Part shown: one piece after another, positions 29,033-38,592 of the stretch
Layout of the letters: each line of letters opens with the position of its first letter
Position numbering within the stretch: the first letter of the stretch is position 1
Sequence record: SRR31156797_632
Strand: one strand, 5' to 3'
DNA: 57,618 nucleotides
The notes under the pieces: generated by a model
The model's database searches: none
The model's input: only the letters and a program-made list of their open reading frames with translations
What the model was told of the DNA's origin: nothing
Program-made: the position numbers and the translations under genes

Positions 29033-30196
29033 CTAACTTCTCCGCAGAATTTCATTACGATTATTTATAAAGAATAAGACAGCAACTGTTCCTGTGTAAA
29101 AAACTAATCCCCATTTTAATAATCCCGGCATATCATACTTATATATTAACCAGGCTGTCATTATATTCATAATCCCGCCTGTTACAATGAGTGGAAGTAA
29201 ATATTTACCTAAATTTTGATAGCTAAATAAAGCCAACACGACCAATCCCGGAGCCACCATAAACAAAATGCGATCAACGACAAAGGGATACAATGGCATG
29301 AGCACCATACTAACCAGGATTGCGCTTATTATTGCCCAAATCTCTTTACTGATAGAATAGTTTTTAATAACTGTTTTGAGAGCAAGTAATCCAATAACTA
29401 CCAATATCCAATAAAAGTCAATAATACGGAAAATTTGTGCCACATTTCCTGCATCATAATACACAAACCCAACCCGATCTTGCTGAGCAAACAATCGGCT
29501 GATTATTGAATCATTGAAGAGTTCATATGTTAGAAATTGGGTAATCAAAAAAGTAAGTATAAATACTGAACCGGTTACTGTGGTAAAAATAATCTGCTTG
29601 CGACTTTTTAAAAGAATGAGGAATTGATAAATAAATAGAAAAATAAAACTAAATATGACACTCTCTTTGGCTAAAAGCCCTATAGCAGAAGCAATACTCA
29701 ATAAAATCCAGGGAACTAATCTAAATTCTTTCTCCCTTCCATATTTTATAGCTTGATCAATAATTACCAATCCAATCAGCCAACCCACAGCATCAACTAA
29801 TATCATTAATGAGAAAATAGCAAATGGCTGACAGAGCACATATATCAACATACCGTAAATGGCTAATCTTTGATCACCAAATAACCTAAAAACAATACGA
29901 TACATTAAAAATCCGCATCCAAAATAAGCCAAGATCGTTTGTAAAAGAAAACCATACTGCGCATGCAAACCTGTTAAGTATTCCAGGGCTCCCGGAAGAA
30001 TCAAAACCAATGGCTTCGATAAGCGTGATTGCATGTTATATCCGCCCTCTAACCCAAACATTTCTCTGGCAGCGCCTACAAAGCTTGGCGAATCAAACAT
30101 ATCCCAGCGGAGGAAATCGAACAAATACCAATAGACAAATCCCAGAATAGTTAGGATACCGAAAATAAGGAGTTGTATTTTGAGTTTTTTATTCAT
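29033..30196 (-). CDS. Polytopic membrane protein, GT-C-type glycosyltransferase-like
   Basis: About 11 TMs, periplasmic DSPSF after TM1, SR..KP, LAKES. Confidence 0.6.
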   Translation of the reverse strand: MNKKLKIQLLIFGILTILGFVYWYLFDFLRWDMFDSPSFVGAAREMFGLEGGYNMQSRLSKPLVLILPGALEYLTGLHAQYGFLLQTILAYFGCGFLMYRIVFRLFGDQRLAIYGMLIYVLCQPFAIFSLMILVDAVGWLIGLVIIDQAIKYGREKEFRLVPWILLSIASAIGLLAKESVIFSFIFLFIYQFLILLKSRKQIIFTTVTGSVFILTFLITQFLTYELFNDSIISRLFAQQDRVGFVYYDAGNVAQIFRIIDFYWILVVIGLLALKTVIKNYSISKEIWAIISAILVSMVLMPLYPFVVDRILFMVAPGLVVLALFSYQNLGKYLLPLIVTGGIMNIMTAWLIYKYDMPGLLKWGLVFYTGTVAVLFFINNRNEILRRS

Positions 30197-30313
30197 TGAA
30201 TATGATTATTAACCAAAAATAAGAAAAGGAAAAAATAAAACCCCATAATTTTCAATTTGATGCATACAATATATTATTTTCGATACGTTTATTAGTTTTT
30301 AAAACACATCAGC

Positions 30314-31135
30314 ATGAAATCACTTTACTTATTTACCCTTATTACCATTTGTCTGCTCACCCAAGGTGCTATAGCACAAGAAATTACAGGCGATGTTATT
30401 TGCAACACATCTAAAAAACCAATTGCCTATGTAAATATTGGTATCCCAAATAAAAATAACGGAACCGTTTCAGATATTGATGGAAAATTTAATCTTTCAA
30501 TTGGTGCAATTCACATAAATGATTCACTCAAATTCTCTTGTATAGGCTACGATAGCAAAGTCATTAGCATTAAAGATTTGGTTGCACACAAGCATAATAA
30601 TATAGAACTCAATGAGAAGATTACAGAAATAAAAGAAATCACAGTATTACCAAAAGAATATAAACATAAAACATTAGGTATAAAAACTGAATTCAGAATG
30701 ATGAGTGCCGGATTTCGTGAAAATAAACTGGGTTATGAATTAGGGATTCTAATGAAAACACGGAAGCAAATGATTCTAAAAAAGATTCACATTAATTTTT
30801 CTTATTCCTCATACGATTCAATCTTTTTCAGATTGAACGTTTATGAAGAAACAGGAAAATTGAATTTTAGGAATATTATGCCCGAACCTTATTATTTATC
30901 TCTTGCATCTAAAGACCTAAAAGCAACCACAACAATTGATATTTCTCACCTAAACATCATTTCTGACAAAAATCTGTTAGTTACACTAGAACACATCAAA
31001 AATCTGGGCGAGGGACAATTATATTTTTGCGCCGCACCCGCCAGAAAAACCATTTACAGAAAAACCAGTCAAGGAGAATGGGAAACCGTTCCGGTAGGTA
31101 TAAGCATTAGCGCTGAAGCGATGGTGGAGAAATAG
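30314..31135 (+). CDS. Secreted protein with carboxypeptidase-regulatory-like N-terminal domain
   Basis: Signal peptide; KPIAYVNIGI, GTVSDIDGKF, FSCIGY. Confidence 0.85.
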   Translation: MKSLYLFTLITICLLTQGAIAQEITGDVICNTSKKPIAYVNIGIPNKNNGTVSDIDGKFNLSIGAIHINDSLKFSCIGYDSKVISIKDLVAHKHNNIELNEKITEIKEITVLPKEYKHKTLGIKTEFRMMSAGFRENKLGYELGILMKTRKQMILKKIHINFSYSSYDSIFFRLNVYEETGKLNFRNIMPEPYYLSLASKDLKATTTIDISHLNIISDKNLLVTLEHIKNLGEGQLYFCAAPARKTIYRKTSQGEWETVPVGISISAEAMVEK

Positions 31136-31149
31136 CATTGGTTATTTAT

Positions 31150-31413
31150 TATATGCGATTCCTCCGGAATCGAAGGTCCCTTAGAAACGAAAACGTTTCT
31201 ACAGAGATGTGATCCCTCCGGGATCAAGAGGGAAAACAAATATCAATTCATCATTTATGCTATCAAAATTGGCTTTTACCTCATTTAAGATCTTAACCCC
31301 AGAGGGGTTACATATCTGTAAAAAGTCTGTCACAACTGAATAACGCGACTTCGGAGGAGTCGAATATGTTATTCTTTATCTACCTTGAGTAATTATGCCA
31401 CTCCGCTGGGATC
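31150..31413. repeat. Array of five REP-like hairpins in nested inverted orientation
   Basis: cgattcctccggaatcg (31156), tgatccctccgggatca (31210), taaccccagaggggtta (31294), cgacttcggaggagtcg (31346), degenerate ccactccgctggg (~31398); shared ATATG/CATAT-like flank. Confidence 0.8.
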
Positions 31414-32071
31414 AATCTTGTGGCTCTGATTCAGAAGTGAAATCCTGAGCATCAAAACGAATTCCACCAGTTATTTTATAATTCACTGGTTTACCATTAA
31501 GGGTAACAGCGTTAGGAAATTTTAAATTTCGCAATGCATATACAACTTCCATTGCCATATCATCATTATAGGTTTGTAAAATTTCGATATTGGTAATTTC
31601 ATTTTCCGCATTTAAAATAAACTGATAGGATACTGTCCCTTGAATGCTTTTAACTTTATTCAGAATTGGATACCGTACATTCATTTTACTTAGACACTCC
31701 CCTATATCAGGACGCTGCATACCTTCTTTATAATTATAATAAACCTTATCATATTCCTTCCAAGGCATATTATGAATCACACTATAATCAGCAGAATCAG
31801 CGGTGGTCATATCATCATTAGAATAATACCACATACCTGTTTTTTTATTGTCTTTGTATTGGCCATGCACAATGACTTTACCATTAAAAGTAGCCGAAAA
31901 ATTCCCATCTTTTATCTTTTGCTCACCCGATTTGTAATTTATAATTAATAAAATAGTGTCTACTCCCTGGTAATACTCTTCAAGCGCCAGTTTATCTAAA
32001 TTGCCAGTAGATTGTGCCATAGAAAGCATTGGGATAAGGGCAAGAGTAAAAGCTATCAAAATGTTTTTCAT
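31412..32071 (-). CDS. Exported protein with MORN-like repeat and TonB C-terminal domain
   Basis: Signal peptide; GQYKDNKKTGMW; YP....IQGTV...F.L; A..NGKPV. Confidence 0.8.
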   Translation of the reverse strand: MKNILIAFTLALIPMLSMAQSTGNLDKLALEEYYQGVDTILLIINYKSGEQKIKDGNFSATFNGKVIVHGQYKDNKKTGMWYYSNDDMTTADSADYSVIHNMPWKEYDKVYYNYKEGMQRPDIGECLSKMNVRYPILNKVKSIQGTVSYQFILNAENEITNIEILQTYNDDMAMEVVYALRNLKFPNAVTLNGKPVNYKITGGIRFDAQDFTSESEPQD

Positions 32072-32153
32072 AACTGATTTATTTATAGTTCAGCAACAAA
32101 TATATTTATTTTGATGGACACTAAGCAATTAAAAGACCTAACACTTTGTTAAA

Positions 32154-32777
32154 TTAGTGTATTCTAAAATTAATAGGGATTTTCATTTTGTGGTTAACAG
32201 GTTTCCCATTAAAGGTGCAGGGTTTAAGTTTCAAATTTGAAATAACACGTAAGGCCTCAGATTCAAGCAGAATGTGATCTGATGCAAGTACCTTCAAATT
32301 AATGGGCTTTCCTTCCTTATTCAACACAAATTCTATAAAAACTTTTCCTTCAACATCAAAATATTTAGCTGCAGGTGGATATTTTATATCAGATGCAAGT
32401 TGCTTAAATATCTCGTTCGCACCTGAACAATTAAGATCAATTAATCCTCCGTCATAAATCGAATCATGCACATAACCTACAGAATTATGAATATTGGTAA
32501 AATCAAGACTATAAACAATATTGCCGACTTCATTATAGACTTTCCATATACCAAACTGGTGATTATCTCTATACTCTCCTTTCACATGCAAGGCACCATC
32601 TTCAAAATATTTAAATGTCCCGTGAAAAATTTTAAGCGCAGATGTTTTATATTCAATTTCACAAATAAGCTTTCCATTTCTTTCATATTGTCTAATATAT
32701 CGTTTCTTATCATCATCTTGAGAAAAGCCAATCTGGGATAAAAATAAAAGTAGAATAACAGTGCAATTTACCTTCAT
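32154..32777 (-). CDS. Exported protein with MORN-like repeat and TonB C-terminal domain (paralog)
   Basis: GEYRDNHQFGIW; IKYPPAA..VEGKVFIEFV; PCTFNGKPV..IPINF; TATCTTTG -7 element at 32799-32806. Confidence 0.85.
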   Translation of the reverse strand: MKVNCTVILLLFLSQIGFSQDDDKKRYIRQYERNGKLICEIEYKTSALKIFHGTFKYFEDGALHVKGEYRDNHQFGIWKVYNEVGNIVYSLDFTNIHNSVGYVHDSIYDGGLIDLNCSGANEIFKQLASDIKYPPAAKYFDVEGKVFIEFVLNKEGKPINLKVLASDHILLESEALRVISNLKLKPCTFNGKPVNHKMKIPINFRIH

Positions 32778-32882
32778 AATTATAAAACGTTACTTTACCA
32801 AAGATAGTATCACAGAACTTTCACCCAAATTCATTTCCTAATAACACTTTCACATCTTTTTATCCACATCAGTAAACTTTCG

Positions 32883-32892
32883 CAAACGTTTG
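32883..32892. promoter_or_regulatory. LacI-type palindrome CAAACGTTTG upstream of phhA
   Basis: Perfect 10-bp palindrome with central CG, 53 nt before the start. Confidence 0.35.
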
Positions 32893-32945
32893 TTGTTGGA
32901 TAGGTACATCATTACGGTAGACAAATTCGTAATTATCAAATAAGT

Positions 32946-34673
32946 ATGGAAAGCAACGAAATACTTGACAAACTACCCGATCACCTGCGCGAGCTGATTA
33001 TCGATCAACCTTACAACGCATATACCCCGCAAGATCATGCCATTTGGCGTTATGTGATGCGTCAAAATGTGCAATACCTTCCAAAAGTTGCACACCACTC
33101 CTACCTTGAAGGACTCAAAAAAACGGGAATTTCTATTGATGAAATCCCTCACATGTATGGTATGAACCGCATCCTAAAAGAAATTGGATGGGCTGCTGCC
33201 AGTGTGGACGGTTTTATTCCACCAGCAGCATTTATGGAGTTTCAGGCCTACAATGTATTGGTTATAGCAGCAGACATACGCCCTATTGATCAGGTTGGAT
33301 ACACTCCTGCTCCTGATATTATTCACGAAGCAGCGGGTCATGCACCCATTATTGCAGACGAAGAGTATGCCAATTATCTGCGTCGATTTGGTCAAATCGG
33401 TGCCAAAGCTTTTGCTACTAAGGCTGACCACGATATGTACGAAGCCATCAGATTACTTTCCATTTTAAAAGCTAATCCATATTCCTCTAAAGAAGATATT
33501 GAAAAAGCAGAAAAAGAGATTGAAAAACTTGAATATGCTGCCACCAAAGAATCAGAATTGACACAAATTCGAAACCTGCATTGGTGGACTGTCGAATATG
33601 GTCTGATTGGAGACCTTGAAAACCCAAAAATATATGGCGCAGGACTTTTATCATCAATTGGTGAGAGTTATAGCTGCTTGCAAGATCATGTCAAAAAGTT
33701 GCCTTATACATTAGATGCAGCTAAAACTAGTTTTGACATTACCACGCAGCAGCCACAACTTTTTGTTACACCAGATTTTAATCATCTCACCACCATACTT
33801 GAAGAGTATTCCCAAAACATGGCATTCATGGCCGGAGGATTATGTGCAGTGCGCAAAGCTATTGAAAGCGGTATTACTGCGACTATTGAACTAAACACCG
33901 GGATACAAATTTCAGGCACTTTTACAGATAAGATAGAGCTTAATGGAACCATTATTTACGTGCGCACAAACGGTGAAACAGCACTGGCTTACAACAATTC
34001 AGAAATTGAAGAGCAGGGCAAGCCGAATCATAAAGATGGCTTTGGTTTTCCAGTGGGTAAAGTATACGAATTTGACAGACCCTTACACCAGGTCAACCAA
34101 CAAATAATTGAAGATGCATTGGACGACGAAGGGTTTCTGCACCTGCATTACAAGTCTGGTGTTGAATTGAAAGGAAAACCATATCGATATATTGTGCGTG
34201 AAGGAAAATTAATCATCATCACATTTAAAGAATGTTCTGTAAAAATAAGAGATAAAGTGCTTTTTGCTCCTGAATGGGGTATTTACGATTTAGCCATAGG
34301 GCAAAATGTTGCCTCAGGTTATCCGGGGCCGGCTGATAAGGTGGCATTTGGATACAAGTTCCCAAAACCCAAGTCCCAAACACACAAAATTAACCATTCA
34401 GATACTGCTAAAGCCAACCATACCCGATATGCACAAATAAAACAAATCAGAAACGGGGAAAAAGTAGAAGAATCAATTGAAGATCTTTGGCAACAAACAA
34501 TACAAAACACACCTGAAGAATGGTTGTTAATGCTTGAGCTCTTTGAGCAGGCAAAAAAGAACGGGAATGTTGAACTGACAAATGAAATCAAGGTTTACCT
34601 GCACAAATTAGCTCATAATGAACAATATAAAAAACTCATTGAAGATGGACTTTATCTCATTGAGAATAATTAG
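32946..34673 (+). CDS. phhA: Pterin-dependent aromatic amino acid (phenylalanine) hydroxylase, long form
   Basis: YTPAPDIIHEAAGH iron ligands, WWTVEYGLIG, YGAGLLSSIGE; C-terminal extension of roughly 280 aa. Confidence 0.9.
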   Translation: MESNEILDKLPDHLRELIIDQPYNAYTPQDHAIWRYVMRQNVQYLPKVAHHSYLEGLKKTGISIDEIPHMYGMNRILKEIGWAAASVDGFIPPAAFMEFQAYNVLVIAADIRPIDQVGYTPAPDIIHEAAGHAPIIADEEYANYLRRFGQIGAKAFATKADHDMYEAIRLLSILKANPYSSKEDIEKAEKEIEKLEYAATKESELTQIRNLHWWTVEYGLIGDLENPKIYGAGLLSSIGESYSCLQDHVKKLPYTLDAAKTSFDITTQQPQLFVTPDFNHLTTILEEYSQNMAFMAGGLCAVRKAIESGITATIELNTGIQISGTFTDKIELNGTIIYVRTNGETALAYNNSEIEEQGKPNHKDGFGFPVGKVYEFDRPLHQVNQQIIEDALDDEGFLHLHYKSGVELKGKPYRYIVREGKLIIITFKECSVKIRDKVLFAPEWGIYDLAIGQNVASGYPGPADKVAFGYKFPKPKSQTHKINHSDTAKANHTRYAQIKQIRNGEKVEESIEDLWQQTIQNTPEEWLLMLELFEQAKKNGNVELTNEIKVYLHKLAHNEQYKKLIEDGLYLIENN

Positions 34674-34703
34674 ATATTAAAAGAAAAGGAAAACAAATAA
34701 AAC

Positions 34704-35405
34704 ATGAATAAGTCAGTAAAAGGACCACAAGACCTTATGCACCTTATCAAAGATGGCCAGACCATTATGGCTGGGGGATTTGGTTTATGTGGAATACCAG
34801 AAAAGATGATCGAAGCCATTGCAGCCTCAGACCATACAGAATTTACAGTTATTTCCAATAACATTGGAGTTGACAATTTCGGTTTAGGAACATGGTTAAC
34901 AAAAATGCAAATCAAAAAAATGATGGCTTCTTATGTAGGTGAAAATAAGGAATTTGAAAAACTGCTTTTTGAAGATAAAGTAGAACTTGAATTTATTCCA
35001 CAAGGGACTTTAGCAGAAAGAATAAGAGCTGGTGGTGCAGGAATTCCTGCTTTTTTCGTGCCAGCTGGTGTAGGAACAGAAATAGCTGAAGGAAAAGAGT
35101 TACGGGAGTTTAACGGTAAAACCTATGTGATGGAAACAGGTTTAACTGCTGACATTGCTTTAGTTAAAGCATGGAAAGGCGATACTATGGGCAATTTGAT
35201 TTTCAATGCCACAGCAGATAATTTCAACCGGGGAATGGCTATGGCCGGAAAAATAACCATTGCTGAAGTTGAAGAATTGGTGCCTGCCGGAGAATTAGAT
35301 CCTAACCATATTCATGTTCCCGGAATTTTTGTACAACACATTTTCCAGGGAGAAAATTACGAGAAACGAATTGAACGATTAACCCTTGCTGAAGAAGAAG
35401 CTTAA
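34704..35405 (+). CDS. scoA: 3-oxoacid CoA-transferase subunit A
   Basis: GGFGLCGIPE, SYVGEN, PQGTLAERIRAGGAGIPAF. Confidence 0.92.
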   Translation: MNKSVKGPQDLMHLIKDGQTIMAGGFGLCGIPEKMIEAIAASDHTEFTVISNNIGVDNFGLGTWLTKMQIKKMMASYVGENKEFEKLLFEDKVELEFIPQGTLAERIRAGGAGIPAFFVPAGVGTEIAEGKELREFNGKTYVMETGLTADIALVKAWKGDTMGNLIFNATADNFNRGMAMAGKITIAEVEELVPAGELDPNHIHVPGIFVQHIFQGENYEKRIERLTLAEEEA

Positions 35406-35415
35406 ACTAGAAATT

Positions 35416-36072
35416 ATGGCACTTACAAAAGAACAAATAGCAATGCGTATTGCCCGCGAACTTCAGGATGGATACTATGTGAACCTGGGAATCGGAATTC
35501 CAACACTCATTGCCAACTATATACCTGATAATATTGAAATCATGCTTCATTCAGAAAATGGAATTATTGGAATGGGAGCCTATCCTACTAAAACAACTGT
35601 TGATGCAGATTTAGTAAACGCCGGAAAACAAACCGTTACACTGAAAACCGGAGGAGCATTTTTCGATTCGGCGACCAGTTTTGCCATGATTCGCGGTGGT
35701 CACATTGACCTTACAGTATTGGGAGCTTTTGAAGTTTCAGAAAATGGTGATATCGCCAGCTGGAAGGTTCCGGGTAAACTCATCAAAGGAATGGGTGGCG
35801 CCATGGATTTAGTTTCGGCTGCTGAAAACATCATTGTAGCCATGCAACACACCAATAAACATGGCGAATCAAAAATATTGAAACAATGCACCTTGCCTCT
35901 AACAGGCGTGCAATGCGTGAAAAAAGTGGTTACTGATTTGGCTGTAATGGAGGTTACTCCAAAGGGGTTTGTGCTAAAAGAGAGAGCGCCTGGAGTATCT
36001 GTTGAGGAAATACAGAAAGCGACTGAAGCTGAACTTATTATTGAAGGTGATATACCAGAAATGAAATTTTAA
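35416..36072 (+). CDS. scoB: 3-oxoacid CoA-transferase subunit B
   Basis: VNLGIGIP, catalytic SENG, GMGGAMDL; start at ATG 35416. Confidence 0.92.
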   Translation: MALTKEQIAMRIARELQDGYYVNLGIGIPTLIANYIPDNIEIMLHSENGIIGMGAYPTKTTVDADLVNAGKQTVTLKTGGAFFDSATSFAMIRGGHIDLTVLGAFEVSENGDIASWKVPGKLIKGMGGAMDLVSAAENIIVAMQHTNKHGESKILKQCTLPLTGVQCVKKVVTDLAVMEVTPKGFVLKERAPGVSVEEIQKATEAELIIEGDIPEMKF

Positions 36073-36092
36073 AAACATAAACACACAATACA

Positions 36093-37250
36093 ATGCCACA
36101 TTATCATAGACTGGGAACCATCCCGCAAAAAAGACACACAATATTTAAAAAACCTGATGGCGGACTTTATGCAGAGCAACTAGTCTCCACAGAAGGGTTT
36201 TCTGATATTTATTCTTTAACATACCATTGCAATCCACCTACTGAGGTGCTTGCCATTGACGAATCATACTCCATTGCTCCTGAAATAGCTGATGCCCACA
36301 ATATGCAGCACCGCAGCTACAAAGGATTCAATGTAAAACCAGAAGCAGATTATCTCAAAAGCCGCGTACCGGTTTTGGTAAACGATGATGTGTGTTTGCA
36401 CCTTGCAGCACCTTCGAAAAGCATGGATGACTATTTCTTTAAAAATTCCGAAGCAGACGAAATCATCTTTGTGCACGAAGGCTCAGGAATTCTTAAAACA
36501 CCTTATGGTCAGAATTATTTCAAATATGGTGACCATATTGTAATTCCGCGCGGAACAATTTACCAATTAGAATTCAAGGATGAAAACAATAGATTGTTCA
36601 TTATAGAATCTTTCAGTCCTATTCGCTACCCGAAACGTTATGTAAATGAAATGGGACAGTTGCAAGAGCATACACCATATTGTGAACGTGATATCATTCC
36701 ACCTCACAACCTCATTACAAAAGAGGAAAAAGGTGACTTTCTTGTAAATATTAAACGTGATAACCGCATATTCCCTTACCATTTAGCCAACCATCCATTT
36801 GACGTAATTGGATGGGACGGTTATCATTATCCGTATACTTTTTCAATTCATAATTTCGAGCCCATAACCGGTCGTATCCATCAACCACCACCGGTGCATC
36901 AAACTTTCGAGGCTGCTCAATTTGTGGTTTGTGCATTCGTACCTCGCAAATACGATTATCATCCGAACTCAATTCCAGCACCTTATAACCACAGTAATGT
37001 AGACTCTGACGAAGTACTTTATTACGTAGATGGTGATTTTATGAGTCGCAAATCAGTTGAAAAAGGAATGATCACGCTGCACCCGACAGGCATACCACAT
37101 GGTCCGCATCCCGGAACAGTTGAAAAAAGTATTGGTGCTGAAGCTACTGAAGAGTTGGCCGTAATGGTGGATACATTTCGTCCATTAAAGATTACCAAAC
37201 AGGCATTGGCTCTTGAGGATGAAAGTTATTATAAATCATGGATAAAGTAA
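36093..37250 (+). CDS. hmgA: Homogentisate 1,2-dioxygenase
   Basis: HPFDVIGWDG, HQPPPVHQTF, PYNHSNVDSDE, HP.GIPHGPHPG. Confidence 0.93.
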   Translation: MPHYHRLGTIPQKRHTIFKKPDGGLYAEQLVSTEGFSDIYSLTYHCNPPTEVLAIDESYSIAPEIADAHNMQHRSYKGFNVKPEADYLKSRVPVLVNDDVCLHLAAPSKSMDDYFFKNSEADEIIFVHEGSGILKTPYGQNYFKYGDHIVIPRGTIYQLEFKDENNRLFIIESFSPIRYPKRYVNEMGQLQEHTPYCERDIIPPHNLITKEEKGDFLVNIKRDNRIFPYHLANHPFDVIGWDGYHYPYTFSIHNFEPITGRIHQPPPVHQTFEAAQFVVCAFVPRKYDYHPNSIPAPYNHSNVDSDEVLYYVDGDFMSRKSVEKGMITLHPTGIPHGPHPGTVEKSIGAEATEELAVMVDTFRPLKITKQALALEDESYYKSWIK

Positions 37251-37261
37251 AGAACAACAAA

Positions 37262-38371
37262 ATGAACACACAAAATAATCAAACAGACTTTCTACCAATT
37301 AACGGGACAGATTACGTAGAATTTATAGTAGGAAATGCCAAGCAGGCAGCTCACTATTACCAGACAGCATTTGGTTTTCAGCCATTGGCTTATAGTGGTC
37401 TTGAGACAGGAAATAAGGAAAAAACATCCTATGTATTGCGTCAGGATAAAATCACATTTGTATTTTCTACACCACTAACAAAAGAAAGTGAATTAAACGA
37501 CCATATAAGGCTGCATGGTGATGGGGTTAAGTATGTTGCACTTTGGGTTGATGATGCTACCTCAGCTTATCATGAAACAATGAAACGTGGTGCAAAAAGC
37601 TACACAGAACCGTATACCCTTTCAGATAATGATGGGAAAATTGTAATTAGTGGTATTTACACTTATGGAGAAACCGTTCATTTATTCATTGAAAGAAAAG
37701 ATTATAATGGGACATTTATGCCTGGCTTTAAACCCTGGAATCCTCACTACAAACCAACTGATGTTGGCTTAAAATACGTAGATCACATGGTTGGAAATGT
37801 AGGTTGGGGCGAAATGAATAAATGGACCGATTTTTATAAAAATGTAATGGGTTTTTCGCAACTGGTTTCATTTGATGATAAAGATATCTCGACGGAGTAC
37901 ACAGCACTAATGAGTAAGGTGATGACCAATGGAAACGGTCGCATTAAATTCCCTATCAATGAACCCGCCGAAGGAAAAAAGAAATCGCAGATTGAAGAAT
38001 ATGTAGATTTTTACAATGGCGCCGGAGTACAACACGTTGCTATGGCGACGGACAATATCATTGAAACTGTTACAGAATTAACTAATCGTGGCGTTGAGTT
38101 TCTGAACATTCCGGAAACCTATTACGAAACGTTATTTGATCGTGTTGGAGAAATTGACGAAGACCTGAAACCACTGAAAAAACTCAATATTCTGGTTGAC
38201 CGTGATGATGAAGGTTACCTTTTGCAGATTTTCACGAAACCGGTACAAGACAGACCAACTGTTTTCTATGAAATTATTCAACGCAAAGGCGCCAAATCAT
38301 TCGGTAAAGGAAACTTTAAAGCACTGTTTGAATCAATTGAATTAGAACAAGAAAGACGAGGAACACTATAA
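37262..38371 (+). CDS. hppD: 4-hydroxyphenylpyruvate dioxygenase
   Basis: DHMVGNV, PINEP, SQIEEY, GVQHVA, LLQIFT, EIIQRKG..FGKGNFKALF. Confidence 0.97.
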   Translation: MNTQNNQTDFLPINGTDYVEFIVGNAKQAAHYYQTAFGFQPLAYSGLETGNKEKTSYVLRQDKITFVFSTPLTKESELNDHIRLHGDGVKYVALWVDDATSAYHETMKRGAKSYTEPYTLSDNDGKIVISGIYTYGETVHLFIERKDYNGTFMPGFKPWNPHYKPTDVGLKYVDHMVGNVGWGEMNKWTDFYKNVMGFSQLVSFDDKDISTEYTALMSKVMTNGNGRIKFPINEPAEGKKKSQIEEYVDFYNGAGVQHVAMATDNIIETVTELTNRGVEFLNIPETYYETLFDRVGEIDEDLKPLKKLNILVDRDDEGYLLQIFTKPVQDRPTVFYEIIQRKGAKSFGKGNFKALFESIELEQERRGTL

Positions 38372-38379
38372 TACAGTTT

Positions 38380-38418
38380 TGAGTATTGAGTGTGAGTATT
38401 GAGTGTGAGTTTTGAGTG
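38380..38418. repeat. Tandem repeat, 3 x 13 bp (TGAGTWTTGAGTG)
   Basis: tgagtattgagtg x2 plus tgagttttgagtg. Confidence 0.85.
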
Positions 38419-38457
38419 AAATGTTAATTCAAACACGAAATACAATATAAATTAAAT

Positions 38458-38547
38458 CCACAAAGGTCAGTTTAAAGGCACAAAGAACACAAAACAAAAA
38501 GCAACATTTTTGTGAGTTTTGGGCAAAATTCAATGCACCTTGTGGTT
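38458..38547. repeat. Imperfect inverted repeat built of CACAAAG-like units
   Basis: ccacaaagg..ggcacaaagaacacaaaa facing ttttgtgagttttgggc..accttgtgg. Confidence 0.7.
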
Positions 38548-38552
38548 AAATA

Positions 38553-38586
38553 AATCTAAGATCAGATATCCAAAATCTAATATCTA
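38553..38586. repeat. Heptamer array (NATCTAA-like), same family as 26334-26392
   Basis: aatctaa-gatcaga-tatccaa-aatctaa-tatcta. Confidence 0.7.
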
Positions 38587-38592
38587 TTTAAT

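Noticed and set aside
31150-31413. Possible CRISPR array
   Set aside because: Units are divergent, in mixed orientation and irregularly spaced, and there are no cas genes; REP-like fits better
32778-32945. Phe/Tyr-rich leader peptide before phhA
   Set aside because: No ATG-initiated ORF on + in the spacer
38380-38418. Possible CRISPR or iteron repeats
   Set aside because: Contiguous 13-mers without spacers; no rep or cas gene nearby
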